Positions 1-13,218 of a DNA stretch of 64,000 bases are shown here, piece by piece. Source of the stretch: Octopus sinensis (lineage: Eukaryota); NCBI RefSeq assembly GCF_006345805.1, contig NC_043021.1:10292001-10356000 (forward strand). Reading direction: 5' to 3'. Every line of letters starts with the position of its first letter. Positions within the stretch are counted from its first letter, which is position 1. The notes under the pieces were generated by a model that did no database searches, was not told the DNA's origin, and saw only the letters and a list, made by a program, of their open reading frames with translations. A program made the translations under genes and the position numbers.

Positions 1-362
1 AAGCCTGCGCTTATATACACATAACGCCCGCGCCTCTATATAAAATATATAATAATAAATAAATAAATAAATGCTTCCTTTTAAAGCCTAGCCAGGCTCA
101 TGGGCCCGGTTTCACGGTTTCAGTGGCGTATGTGTTCCCCAGCTGGACGGGACGCCAGTCCATCGCAGCGTTACTCATTTTTGCCAGCTGAGTCGACTTG
201 AGCAACGTGAAATGAAGTGTTTTGCTCAAGAACACAACGCGTCGTCCGGTCCAGGAATCGAAACCACAATCTTACGATCATGCTGCTGACACCCTAACCA
301 CTAAACCACGCGCCTCCACCTATATGAAATATACAAACTTTATAAAATATTAAAAAACTCAC

Positions 363-508
363 CTCACAAGTTGATGGCCCGCCTTTCTCGAAATCTCCAG
401 CACAAAGAATTCCGTCAGAAATTGTCAATATAGACTTTTTTTTACATTCATCATAAGGAACAATTGGAAGGGCCACTTTTTGTAAATTTTCAGAACCTTT
501 GCCTCTAT
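363..508 (-). CDS. Protease A exon 5
   Basis: cag|ATAGAGGC...TGTGAG|gtgagt; 146 nt, the same length as exon 5 of B and C. Confidence 0.92.
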
Positions 509-964
509 CTGGGAAAACAAAAAACAAAAAGAAAAAGTGGATAATTATTAGTTCCAAATTTTGGCACAAGGCCAGCAAGTTCGGGTGGTGGGTGTGGAGG
601 CTGTAGGTGGAGGCTGTAACCCCGAAAGGATGAAAAGCAAAGTCGACCCCGACGGAATTTGAACTCAGAACGTAAGAACGGATGAAATACCGCTAAGCAT
701 TTCGTCCGGTTTGCTAACGATTCTGCTACCTCACCGCCTAGACAACAATAATAATAATCCTCTCTACTAAAGGCACAAGGCCTGAAATTTATGGGGAGGG
801 GGACTAGTCGATTACATCAACCCCAGTTTATCACTGGTACTTAATTTATCGACCTCGAATGGATGAAAGGCAAAGTTGACCACGGCGGAATTTGAACTCA
901 GAACGTAATGACAGACGAAATACCGCTAAACATTTCACTCGGCGTGCTAACGATTCTCAATGCC

Positions 965-1007
<43 letters not shown>

Positions 1008-1027
1008 TGATGATGATGATGATGATG

Positions 1028-1066
<39 letters not shown>

Positions 1067-1806
1067 TCTATTATAATCCCAAGGCCTGAAATTTTAGGGG
1101 AGGGCGCTAGTCGGTTACATCGATCCTAGTGCGTAACTGGTAGTTATTTCATCGACCTCGAAAGGATGAAAGGCAAAGTCGACCCCGGTGGAATTTGAGC
1201 TTAGAACGTAGCGGCAGACGGAATACCTATTTCTTTACTACCCACAAGGGGCTAAACCCAGAGAGGACAAACAAGGACAGACAAGCGGATTAAATCGATT
1301 ACATCGACCCCAGTGCGTAACTGGTACATAATTTATCGACCCCGAAAGGATGAAAGGCAAAGTCGACGTCGGCGGAATTTGAACTCAGAACGTAACGGCA
1401 GACGAAATACAGCTATGCATTTCGCCCGGCGTGCTAACGTTTCTGCCAGCTCGCTGCCTCAACAATGGGATGATTATTTAAAATACATGTCATTGGTGAT
1501 TAGACTGAAATGATAGATTAGGAACTGTCTGATGGCAGTTTGTTGATAATACTTACAGGTTAAATCTCCCCATCCAGCAGCGATACATCTTGAGGTACCA
1601 AAGTTTTCTCCTTGATTGGCCATAGGTGCAAACTTGACACATCTCCCTTCGCTTAGTGACTCGTTAAGTGTCAATATGGCAATATCATTCTCTTGAAAAG
1701 GAAAAGGTACGTATATTATTTATTTAGATATGTTAAAAATGCACGCATACTCGCACGCAAGCACACCCACCCGCACTCATGCACACACACACACACAACA
1801 CACACA

Positions 1807-1865
<59 letters not shown>

Positions 1866-2097
1866 CGTCTACCAAATCCACTCACAAGGCTTTAGTCGGC
1901 TCGAGGCTATAGTAGAAGACACTTGTCCAAGTATAAATTTACATATATTAGCCAGAAAAATCCGTGATATACTTAGTGCGCGACAGGTGAACCGCGATGT
2001 ACTGAGTGAGCGATATGTTAACTTCGATATGGTAAAGGATTACTGTAAAAAGGATTATATATTCTCGATTTAAAGATTGAAAACATATCTATATCGC

Positions 2098-2148
<51 letters not shown>

Positions 2149-2382
2149 CGTCTACCAAATCCACTCACAAGGCTTTAGTCGGCTCGAGGCTATAGTAGAA
2201 GACACTTGTCCAAGTATAAATTTACATATATTAGCCAGAAAAATCCGTGATATACTTAGTGCGCGACAGGTGAACCGCGATGTACTGAGTGAGCGATATG
2301 TTAACTTCGATATGGTAAAGGATTACTGTAAAAAGGATTATATATTCTCGATTTAAAGATTGAAAACATATCTATATCGCTA

Positions 2383-2415
<33 letters not shown>

Positions 2416-5400
2416 CGTCTACCAAATCCACTCACAAGGCTTTAGTCGGCTCAAGGCTATAGTAGAAGACACTTGCCCAAGTATAAATTTACATATATTA
2501 GCCAGAAAAATCCGTGATATACTTAGTGTGCGATAGGTGAACTGCGATGTACTGAGTAGCGATATGTTAACCTCGACATGGCAAAGGATTACTGTAAAAA
2601 GGATTATATATTCTCCATTTAAAGATTGAAAGCATATCTATATCGCTAACAAACGGCTTAGAGTATCTAGTGATACTCCACTTTAAATGAAAATCGACTC
2701 TTTTTCCTTTAATTCCCAGATCTTCGCGGAAAGCTATGTTGTTTTCGCTATATCTCTCTATCTAAATGTACGAAGATGGTTATGTACTCGCGGGACCCGT
2801 GAATATTTCACGGAATTAATGGTAAATTTATTGGGATATTTCTGAAAACTTTATCCAAAGAATCTGAAAAAAATAGTTGCTCAGTTGCTAATCGTTGAAA
2901 AGTGAAGGAAATTGGAATACGATGATTACTTAATGCACTTTATATACTTTATGCACAATTTTATAGACTTAATACACAACACTCTGCCTCTTTCTCCTTC
3001 AATTTTCGCCTTCTCTCTTTTTCTCTTTCCTTTTTCTTCCACTCTTTCCTTTTCTCTTCAATTCAATCACATGAAAACGTTACAGATGGGCTAAGTAACG
3101 GAGGAAAAAAACTTAGTTAAAAAAACAATTTACACATTTCATTCACCACCACCTCTCGCTCTCCCTCCCCTCCACAGAGAGGTACTATTACAGAGGTTGA
3201 GAAAGAATATGTGTAAGCAAGAGAAACAGAGAATGAGAAAACGAGAGAGAAGAGAGAAACAAACAGAGAGACAACAGGGAGAGAATCGGTTGAAAACTGC
3301 AGAAGGTTTTAGAGAAAAACCCGTGTAAAACACTGTTTTTCCTAGTTTCTTGCTTTACGAGGGAGCTCTGGGCAAAATATTATAGTGCATGACCATCCTT
3401 GGCTCATAAGTAATGTGTGTGTAAAGTTTGGTGAAAATCAGTTGAAAACTGTAGAAATGCATACGTACTACATACACGCGCGCGCACGCACGCACGCACA
3501 TACACACACACAGACATCCTTTGTTTTATATATATAGATAAGATAATTGTCTTACTCACTGATTGTAGATCTAACGTTTATGTATCCTTCGTGCACCACA
3601 ACATTGCTTACTGCCTTTACTGACTTACGCTCTATAGTCCGTACGTTGTTCACTCCATAAGCTGCATAGATTTGACTAATTCCACGTCTAAAAATTCAAA
3701 CAAAATATACTGATCGTTAGCAGACGATAATTCTATGGCGTCGCATTCCTGAAAGTATTCTGTATGATACTTAATTTTATTTGTCTGAAATTACAGTAAT
3801 TTAACACGAGTCGCTTTCATAATCCTTTCTACTAAAGGCTTCTTCTTCTTCTCACCCTTTTCAAGCCTAGCCAGGCTCATGGGCCCGGTTTCCCGGTTTT
3901 TGTGGCGTATGTGTTCCCCACCAGCTGGACGGGACGCCAGTCCATCGCAGCGTTACTCAAGAAACAGGAAGAAAGAGTGTGAGAATGTTAGGGCGAAAGA
4001 GCACAACAGGGGTCGCCACCACCCCCTGCCGGAGCCTTGTGGAGCTTTAGGTGTTTTCGCTCAATAAGCACACACAACGCCCGGTCTGGGAATCGAAACC
4101 GCGATCCTCCGACCGCGAGTCCGCTGCCCTAACCACTGGGCCATTGTGCCTCAACTTCAACTAAAGGCGCAAGGCCTGAAATTTAGGGGGAAGGGCGTAG
4201 TCAATTACATCGACCCCACCCCCAATGTTTCACTGGTACTTAATTTATCGATCCCGGAAGGGTGAAAGGCAAAGTCGACCTCGGTGACGAATCTCTTTCT
4301 ATGCTAAGGATTAATGCTAAGGATTAAATTTTACTTCCCATTTAAATTCTACAATATAAGTACAGCACCGACTTTCCGGATTCTGATGGTCTGGAACCTC
4401 TTATAATCCGCACTAATTAATGAGCATGAACATCAAATTTCAGCAGCCGCCAGACCAATTTACTGGCACCTTACACAGACTAGTAACTTTCGCAGTACAG
4501 AATTAATAAACTTTACTAATGTACAGGTACCTGTATTTCATTTCATTATTCTAAGTAAATTAAGCATTTCTATAATTTAGAGGTGACCACCCTGATTCGG
4601 AATAAAACCGTAACCCAGAAAGGCTCTGGGACGATATCTATATATATAAAACTGTAGTTGTGTGAGTGTCTGTCCCCTTCGATTTAGATTCCTAACTCCT
4701 CCCACATTTTGCGGTGCAGTTTAACCAAATTCGGGTATCTTATAGTCATGATTAATATCGAGCCCGTCTGGCTATTAGCGCGCGTCTACGATGAGTCTAC
4801 GATTTAAAAAATAATTTAACATCATTTTTTATTCCATTTTAATGCATAATTTTTCGTGTGTCGATGGCGGCGGAGTTGGCGTCCACGCTCAAACACCTGC
4901 ACCTGTGTTTGCTTCTCCCCCTTCTTCCCTCCCTCGTGAAGCTGTGGGGAAGGGAGTGTAAGGAAATCAACGTTGTAAAGCGTTGTCAAGGAGACCAGCG
5001 TTCTTTTAGAACAACGACTTCATGGCTTGAAGACACCAAAACAGAAATGGCTAAGAAAGCCCGAATTGGCATCTATAAGGGAAGTAACTCTCTAAAAATG
5101 CTTATATAGTTATTTCCCTTACAAACCCGAGCAACGCCGGGCGATACTGCTAGTTTTTCATAAAATTGATGTGGTACAAGTATTTGAGATCTGTGCCTTA
5201 TTATTGTATGATTCTGTTGCTGTTGCGAGTTCAAACGATATTGCTTTCTGCTATAGGGGCAAGGCCTGAAATTCTGGGGGAAGAGGCTAGTCGATTACAT
5301 TGATCTCAGGGCTCAGCTGGTACTTATTTTATCTATACCGAAAGGGTGAAAGGCAAAGTCACCTTCAAAATGGTACTTATTTTATTGACCCCGAAAGGAT

Positions 5401-6907
5401 GAAAGGCAAAGTCGACCTCAGCGAAATTTGAACTCAGAACGTAAAGACGGATGACATACCGCTAAGCTTTTTGCCCGGCGTGCTAACGACTCTTATTTCT
5501 TTACTGCACACAAGGGGCTACACACAGAGGGGACAAACTAGGACAGACAAAGGGATTAAGTCGATTATATCGACCCCAGTGCGTAACTGGTACTTATTTA
5601 ATCGACTCCGAAAGGATGAAAGGCAAAGTCAACCTCGGCGGAATTTGAACTCAGAACGTAGCGGCTGACGAAATACCTATTTATTTACTACCCACAAGGG
5701 GCTAAACACAGAGGGGACATACAAGGACAGACAAACGGATTAAATCGATTATATCGACCCCAGTGCGTAACTGGTACTTATTTAATCGACACCGAAAGGA
5801 TGAAAGGCAAAGTCGACGTCGGCGGAATTTGAACTCTGAACGTAACGGCAGACAAAATACGGCTACGCATCTCGCCCGGCGTGCTAACGTTTCCGCCAGC
5901 CGCCGCCTTAAAATGATTAAATATCAAGGCGTGTAAAACGTAATATATACTGTAATGTATACTTACACGCAGTGAGCTGCTGTCAAAATGTGTGTAGAAT
6001 CAATCAGAGTACCTCCGCAATCCTTAATTGAGGTAGCTGACTCAACAAGTATGAGATACACGATGGATGGCAATTCACAATCAGCTGCTGTAGTGCCTTC
6101 AACAATTTGGGTTTCAGGACCTGAAAAGAAATCATGAAAGTAAACTTTATTTCTATACAGGTGGTGGGTACTGAAAAGTTCCTGGCTTTGGGTAAAAGAA
6201 AATACAGGAGGATCAGTTAATTATGATCTTATTTAAAATATTATTCCTCTCAGATTCACAGACTTATTGCAGCGGTCCTTCGGTTTTTCTAAGCCCTCTT
6301 TAACTCTTTTACTTGTTTCAGTCATTTGACTGCGGCCATGCTGGAGCACCGCCTTTAATCTATACATATAAAGCTGAAGTTGTCTGTGCGTGTGTGGCAG
6401 GTTTGGTAGCCTTCAACTAATGCTATCTCCTCCGAGATCCTGCGGCGCAAGTTGACCAAAATTGAGAGTATGATAGAAGAAGGCTTGATCTTCATTGCGT
6501 AGAAGAAAAAATTCAAATCGGACCATGTCAACACCAAAAATTATTTACATCAAAAAGGTACTTTTTTTTCTATGAAAATCCCGATTTTTTACGATTTTTT
6601 TACTGCTGTGTCGCCATTTTTCGGTGTATTTCAACCATAAAAATGTTCACTTAAAGAGAATAACAAGCTACATAATGCAAAATTTTTACTTTTCAAAAAA
6701 AGATTGAAACTATGTCAAAACTTTGTTAACGCGACATCAAAGTGTGCCGTTTTAAGCGCAACTAAAAAAGAAACCCGAGCATCGCCGGGCTATACTGCTA
6801 GTATACTTTAAAAACCGAAAGCAACACAATTTATTGCTTGTCGGGAGACATGACTTACCAGCAAAAACTGAAGCAACCGCAACAAGAAGACAACAGAGGG
6901 ACAACAT
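363..6907 (-). CDS. Secreted chymotrypsin-like S1A serine protease, paralog A (exons 1-5; exon 6 with GDSGG lies left of the window)
   Basis: Exons 6907-6859, 6120-5967, 3687-3560, 1691-1557 and 508-363, all GT-AG, phases 1,2,1,1,0. They join in frame to MLSLCCLLVAVASVFA-GPETQ-IVEG...LTAAHCV...KNDIAIL...AAGWG...LCAGDFEKGGPSTCE, containing His57 and Asp102. Confidence 0.92.
560..1455 (-). mobile_element. Tandem/nested array of tRNA-derived SINEs (family 3) in intron 4 of protease A
   Basis: Repeated GGATGAAAGGCAAAGTCGACC...GGAATTTGAACTCAGAACGTA (B-box GAGTTCAAATTCC on the minus strand). Other arrays at 5255-5910 and 36850-37650; copies at 25590-25810, 45650-45870 and 63660-64000. Confidence 0.85.
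1557..1691 (-). CDS. Protease A exon 4 (NDIAIL, Asp102)
   Basis: aag|AGAATGAT...ACCT|gtaagt; 135 nt. Confidence 0.92.
1853..2650. repeat. Tandem triplication of a ~270-285 bp unit
   Basis: CGTCTACCAAAT starts at 1866, 2149 and 2416; units are separated by (CA)n(TA)n. Confidence 0.95.
3560..3687 (-). CDS. Protease A exon 3
   Basis: tag|ACGTGGA...ATCA|gtgagt; 128 nt; RGISQIYAAYGVNN...HEGYINVRSTI; not in the ORF track. Confidence 0.85.
4637..5153 (+). mobile_element. Non-autonomous Helitron
   Basis: a|TCTATATATATAAA start; 3' hairpin CCCGAGCAACGCCGGG; CTAG|t end. Confidence 0.8.
5255..5910 (-). mobile_element. SINE array (family 3) in intron 2 of protease A
   Basis: At least three head-to-tail or nested units. 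Confidence 0.85.
5967..6120 (-). CDS. Protease A exon 2 (IVEG...TAAHC)
   Basis: cag|GTCCTGAA...TGCGT|gtaagt; 154 nt. Confidence 0.93.
6359..6801 (+). mobile_element. Non-autonomous Helitron in intron 1 of protease A; partial inverted copy at ~11350-11682
   Basis: a|TC start; CCCGAGCATCGCCGGG hairpin; CTAG|t end. Confidence 0.8.
6859..6907 (-). CDS. Protease A exon 1 (signal peptide)
   Basis: ATG...GCTG|gtaagt; 16 mostly hydrophobic codons plus 1 nt; TATA box upstream. Confidence 0.88.
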
Positions 6908-6941
6908 GATGATACGAGATGTTAAGTTATTCATGGAGAAT

Positions 6942-7026
6942 AACTGAAATGATGCTATAGTTATGAACAGTGAGGTTTTTATAGGTAAACGTGTTGGGAG
7001 AATCATATTTGAGGAAAGAACAGCTG
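6942..7026 (-). promoter_or_regulatory. Protease A core promoter (E-box, TATA, Inr-like)
   Basis: CAGCTG 7021-7026; TATAAAAA 6983-6976; TCATT/TCAGTT at 6952-6942. Confidence 0.7.
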
Positions 7027-7746
7027 TAATTATCCGCCAATGTTCCTGCAATTTAATAGAGAATAACAGAGCATGTTTCCTAGTAAAGTTGTAAATTAAA
7101 ATACATAATTTATTTCTTGATATAAATAGGTTGCCATGAATTACTTTTAATGGATACTCCCAAGAGCTCACTTGATTGAATCGGAGTGTGAGTGGATTAA
7201 AGTGTTTAAATGTCGCGTGGACGACGCCTGTGTGAGAAAGCTTAAAGAGGATTAAAATGGGATATGGTTACATAGAAATGTAGTATGTGTTGGTGGTGGG
7301 GATAGAATGAAATAAAATTAGCTCTTAATGTACAAAAGTGTTTGGAAGCTGACTACTTAAGCTTAAAATGCATTATAATTAATAGGAATATGGGTCTGAG
7401 AGACTACCGTCTGCATGTGGTCATGCTGTTTGAACGGCAATAATTGAGGAATAGATTGAGGTCTTAGGTGGACAACGTAGCTAAAAATTCTATCATTGAG
7501 CGACGTATAGATAAATGGTTTTCTATTTTAACAATACAGCATAAAATAACGGAGAACGATCCATTGTAAAGTAGTAAATGTCATCCATGTATGTAATCAA
7601 TATGATTTTAATTAATAATAGCATACATCTCCAGTTTCTCTACAACAAATGTTGCATGTGTTAAGACGTATTGTTATATTTTAAATTCATAAATCTTTAA
7701 AATAGATATCGTTTTTCTTTTGTTCATGTATGCACATTGAAAATTA

Positions 7747-7800
<54 letters not shown>

Positions 7801-7997
7801 TAATAGTTATCGCCATACTAATATGGCAGTCTTATAAATATAAGACTAAAGCTGTCGCTGATTAGCTCCATGAGGCCATCGCCTTAAGCTAGCTATTTGA
7901 CGCACAAACTGCGTCCATTATAAACCTTCGAACAAGGGAGGTCAGCCGCTTCATCCTGCCAGTCAGACAGCTACAGACTTAGTAATTTTAATATTTC

Positions 7998-8063
<66 letters not shown>

Positions 8064-8382
8064 AAACCACTATTATGCAACTCAAACAGTGATAGACATA
8101 AACCAAAGCATAAATAACAAATAATATATATTTTTATAAAACATATAGCTAGATCTCAAAAAGTATAAAAATGAATGGTCAATATATAATAAGTAAAAAT
8201 AAACTACGTACGTTTCATGGCTACAATTAAATTCGAATTACAATTAAGTTTAAATTCAATTGAAATAAATTCGATTTAAAATTATAGTCCCTAATATTAT
8301 TATCATTGTTATTATTATTATTATTATATTATTATATTATTATTATTATTATATTATTATTATTATTATTATATTATATATA

Positions 8383-8429
<47 letters not shown>

Positions 8430-8472
8430 CATGCATACATATACACATATGTATATATATGTATGTATATAC

Positions 8473-8503
<31 letters not shown>

Positions 8504-8516
8504 TATATGTACATAT

Positions 8517-8557
<41 letters not shown>

Positions 8558-8572
8558 AATATATATATAAAT

Positions 8573-8683
<111 letters not shown>

Positions 8684-8684
8684 G

Positions 8685-9250
8685 TTAATAAAGCACACTC
8701 TAAAGAATAGAGAAGTAATTAGTATTACAACAAAAATTAAAATTTTGTACATAGAGTTACCGAAGGTTTCGTATCCACAAAGCCAAAGCATTCTGGACAG
8801 CTCGTCAGACACTATACCAGGACAAAAAGATTTAATTTCCTACGTCGTAAACGCGAGGAAGCGCTCAGTAATCCAGATTTAAGTCTTAACATATAAAAAC
8901 GTTAATGAGGACGGATTGTCTTTCCTGAACCAGAGGATAAAACAACCATTATAGACCCGAAAAGCCTAACCAACAAACGAGGAGATCCAATTTTTCAGTA
9001 GGTAGCGCTTGAAGTGGACACATTTAGAAAAAAAAAACGTCTTTGCGACTATTTAACGCGCCAGGTTTAGTATAACCCTTAAGAATTTTGGCTCTCTCCG
9101 CGATGCATATTTTACAACGTCCACTCCCATTGATGTAAGGGCCTGGATGATCTATTATTTTCCACCTTATATCACACGGGGTTCCTTGATCTTTGAGGTT
9201 CCACACCGTCTGTGAAAAAAAATAAGCACCATGACGCAATCCACTCTGCT
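8685..9250 (-). mobile_element. Penelope-like retroelement 3' fragment (GIY-YIG C-terminus plus terminal region)
   Basis: ORF 9024-9239 reads VWNLKDQG..DIRWKII...PY..GSGRCKICIAERAKI...LNSRKD, a PLE endonuclease C-terminal pattern. Hammerhead motif lies downstream. Confidence 0.7.
8751..8815 (-). ncRNA. Type I hammerhead ribozyme motif (Penelope-associated)
   Basis: atagtgt-CTGACGA-G(c)TGTCCA...TGGATA-C-GAAA-CC-TTC-GGT-A-actctat: intact core, GUA triplet, helix I 7 bp with 1 mismatch. Confidence 0.7.
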
Positions 9251-9254
9251 AGAA

Positions 9255-9905
9255 ATTTGGAAACGACATGCTCTACTGCTTGGCATTCGCGCGGGAAGCT
9301 CCAATACAAACATTTCAGAGTGTTTGGGGGGTCAATCTGAGGACAGTGAAATCTAATGACATTTACCGAGACTGATAAAAATCAAACATCCAGTCAACAT
9401 CATAGTGTTTGGAGTGATCACTAGCGATGGCAACATTATGCCTCCAGTCATCTTCCCACACGGCCTCAGATTCAACATGGAGGCCTACATCAAGTACCTG
9501 GAGGAGATAGTGCTGCCCTGGGTCAAGAGGGTGGCAGCTGGAACACCCTATGTCTGGCAACAGGACTCTGCACCATGCCACACAAGCAGGGGAACCCAGT
9601 CATGGCTGTCAGACAATTTCTGCGATCACATCACCCCTAACATCTGGCCACCTAACTCCCCAGACTGCAACCCCTTCATTATTATGTGTGTGGCGCAGTT
9701 GAATGAAAGACCAACAAAACTCCTTGTAACACCAAAAATGAACTGAAGGCAAGGGTTATGGTAGCATTCACCAACTTAAAGAAGGAGACCGTCTAGAAGA
9801 GTTACAGGAGATTCCGAAGCCGTCTGGAGGCCGTGGTTGAAGACAATGGCGATTTTTTTGAATAAATTTAATCTTTAGTATTTCAAGATATTTTTTTATG
9901 TAATT
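9255..9905 (+). mobile_element. Internally deleted Tc1/mariner element (maT/DD37D-like) transposase remnant
   Basis: ORF 9405-9746 VWQQDSAPCHTS...WL...WPPNSPDCNP; spacing to the frameshifted third Asp is consistent with 37 residues. Confidence 0.8.
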
Positions 9906-10347
9906 TTGATAAATACATGTGGAGGCGCAATGGCCCAGTGGTTAGAGCAGCGGACTCGCGATCGGAGGATCCCGGTTTCGATTCCCAGACCGGGCATTGT
10001 GTGTGTGTTTATTGAGCGAAAACACCTAAAATGCCCCACGAGGGTCCGGAAGAGGATGGTGGAGACCCCTGTTGTTCTCTTTCGCCAAACGGCGGTGCAT
10101 CAGCATGGCCGCAGCTCTGGGCTGAAACTTAAAAAAAAAAAAAAATACCTGTTAAAATGAGATATCAGTGTTATTTTCATTTCTACGCATTTATCTAATA
10201 CATACATACATACATACATACATACATACATACATACAACATACATACATACATACATACATAATACATACATACATACATACATACATACATACATACA
10301 TACATACATACATACAACATACATACATAACATACATAATACATACA

Positions 10348-10378
<31 letters not shown>

Positions 10379-10429
10379 CATACATACATACCTACATACA
10401 TACATAATACATACATACATATACATACA

Positions 10430-10461
<32 letters not shown>

Positions 10462-10540
10462 CATACATACATACTACATACATACATACATACATACATA
10501 CATACATACATACATACACCACACACACACACACACACAC

Positions 10541-10575
<35 letters not shown>

Positions 10576-10580
10576 TACAT

Positions 10581-10613
<33 letters not shown>

Positions 10614-10749
10614 TACATACATACCTACATACATACATACCTACAGACAGACAGACAGACAGGCAGACAGACAGACAGGCAGACAGACAGACAGACAGAG
10701 AAACAATGAGTTTGTACTTCATCGGTTACATCTTATAAACACATTATCA

Positions 10750-11165
10750 AAACTGCATGGTGACTCTTCTCAACAAACTCCCGAGGGGTAATTAGTTACT
10801 CTAAAACATGAACTCAAGGCTCTGAGCGAAAATCTTCGCCACTGCGAAAGAATTTTACAACGAGTCTGTATAAATCATAAGTTTGCTTCGAACCCACAGA
10901 TAGTATCTTGAGAGATGAGGAAGGAAAATATTACCATTAAGAAAGCCCCTTCTCAAGAACATTTTCAATCATTCTGGTTGAAATTCTGGAACGGAAAGAG
11001 GAGCCTCAACCTCAGTCCATCGTGGCTAAATACAGTAAATAATACTGTACCAGCATCTACAGTGAAACATGCAATTGACCCTGAAATTTTCACCATAGCT
11101 GTGGGCAAACTGCATAATGGGGAGATATCTGGAAGGGACCTAATAGTTGGATACTGACATAAAAG
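10750..11165 (+). mobile_element. R4/Dong-like non-LTR retrotransposon fragment
   Basis: PSQEHFQSFWLKFW...SWL...ISGRDLIVGY*HK resembles the pre-RT 'FW..IW...KAPG.D.I...W.K' region. Confidence 0.45.
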
Positions 11166-12042
11166 TATTATTGACTGTGTATTTACGTCCCCGTTACTTA
11201 GCGGTTCGGCAAAAGAAACCGATAGAATAAATACTAGGCTTACAAAGAATAAGTCCTAGTGTCGATTTGCTCGACTAAAGGCGGTGCTCCAGCATGACTG
11301 CAGTCAAATGACTGAAACAAGTAAAGAAAGAAAAGAATACATACATACATTTTTGAAAAGTAAAACTTTTGCATTATGTAGCTTGTTATTCTCTTTAAGT
11401 GAACATTTTTATGGTTGAAATACACCGAAAAATGGCGACACAGCAGTCAAAAAATCGTAAAAAATACGGATTTTCACAGAAAAAAGCACCTTTTTGATGT
11501 AAATAATTTTTGGTGTTAACATGGTCTGATTTGAATTTAACATGGTCTGAATGAAGAGCAAGCCTTCTTCTATCATACTCTCAATTTTGGTCAACTTGCG
11601 TCGCAGGGTCTCGGAGGAGATAGTGTTAGTTGAAGGCTACCAAACCTGCCACACACAGACAACTTTAGCTTTATATATTAGATGAAAGAAAACATTACAT
11701 GTTCGTGGTTCGATAACAGGTGAAGGAATAATATTTGTGCACCACCATAGAAATCATATGAAAGGCCAGTGCAATAAACAAATACAATGTCAAACAATAT
11801 GCATTAGTTTTCAACGTGTATGCATGAAAAAAAAGAAGGATATTTATTTTAAAGATTTATAAATTTAAACTATAACAATACATCTTAACACATGCAACAT
11901 TCGTTGAAGAGAAAATGGACGACATGTGCACAATATCATGTAAAATTATATTGATTACATATATGGATGACATTTACTATTTTACAATGGATCGTTCTCT
12001 GATATTTTCTGCTGTATCGTTAAAATAGCAATGGAAAACCAT

Positions 12043-12125
12043 CAGCTGTTGTTTCACAAAGATGTTTCACAAATGATACTTCTTTATAAAAAAAAGCCGC
12101 AGCGTCTATAACTCTAGCATCAGTT
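12043..12125 (+). promoter_or_regulatory. Protease B core promoter (E-box, TATA, Inr)
   Basis: CAGCTG 12043-12048; TATAAA 12085-12090; TCAGTT 12120-12125. Confidence 0.7.
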
Positions 12126-12168
12126 CATTACATATTCAGAAATACGTCAACATATATCTATTGCCGCC

Positions 12169-12217
12169 ATGCTGTTTTTCTGTTACTTCGTTCTTCTGGT
12201 CGTTTCAGTTTCTGCCG
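12169..12217 (+). CDS. Protease B exon 1 (signal peptide)
   Basis: gccgccATG...GCCG|gtaggt. Confidence 0.88.
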
Positions 12218-12762
12218 GTAGGTGAAGTTTTGTTTATTATTGCGATACTCTTTTACTCTCTCTCTTTACCCTTTTACTTGTTTCAGTCATTTGACTGTGG
12301 CCATGCTGGAGCACCACCTTTTTAGTCGAGCAAATCGACCCCAGGACTTATTCTTTGTAAGCCTAGTACTTATTCTATCGGTCTGTTTTGCCGAACCGCT
12401 AAGTTACGGGGACGTAAACACACACTGCACCGTATACATAAATATATGCATACATGCATGCATACATACATACATACATACATACATACATACATACATA
12501 CATACATACATACATACATGCATGCATACATACATACATACATACATACATACATACATACATACATACATACATACATACCCTGGTGTTGCTGTTGAAA
12601 TTCCAACGGAGTCTTGGATGTAGGTTAGAAACCGGCACTTTCTTTAATGGCAAGAAATCTTGAAATAAAACCGAAAATCACACACATCCATATACATACA
12701 TATATATATATACATGCTCGTACACACACGCATGTATGTGAGTGTGTGTGTGTGTAAGAGAG

Positions 12763-12806
<44 letters not shown>

Positions 12807-13185
12807 ATATATTATAAAATAATATGATACATTTTAATTTTTCAGTACCTAAAACGCAGATTGTTGATGGATCAGTAGCAAACGATTGTGAATTTCCGTC
12901 CATTGTCTACATCCGAATATATTTGCAGTCAAGCGGTTCCGCGTTTAGTATATGTGGAGGCGCTTTGATCGATTCTACACATGTATTAACTGCAGCTCAC
13001 TGTGTGTAAGTAAATAATGCATATATATATATACGAAATCACAATAATTTCAATGTCATGATTTCCGAAAGCGAAACCGGTCGACAACTACAATACTCTT
13101 ACATTTAAAATATATTAAAAATATATAAACTATGTGCGATAGTCGAGGGATTACTGAATATATTTTTTGCTTTATATACATATGC

Positions 13186-13218
<33 letters not shown>

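Noticed and set aside
6752-7171. 139-aa ORF as a single-exon gene
   Set aside because: Only 6907-6859 is coding (signal-peptide exon of protease A); the rest is promoter and intron.
9919-10000. tRNA-like sequences as tRNA genes
   Set aside because: A/B-box heads continue into SINE bodies and occur in many diverged copies.
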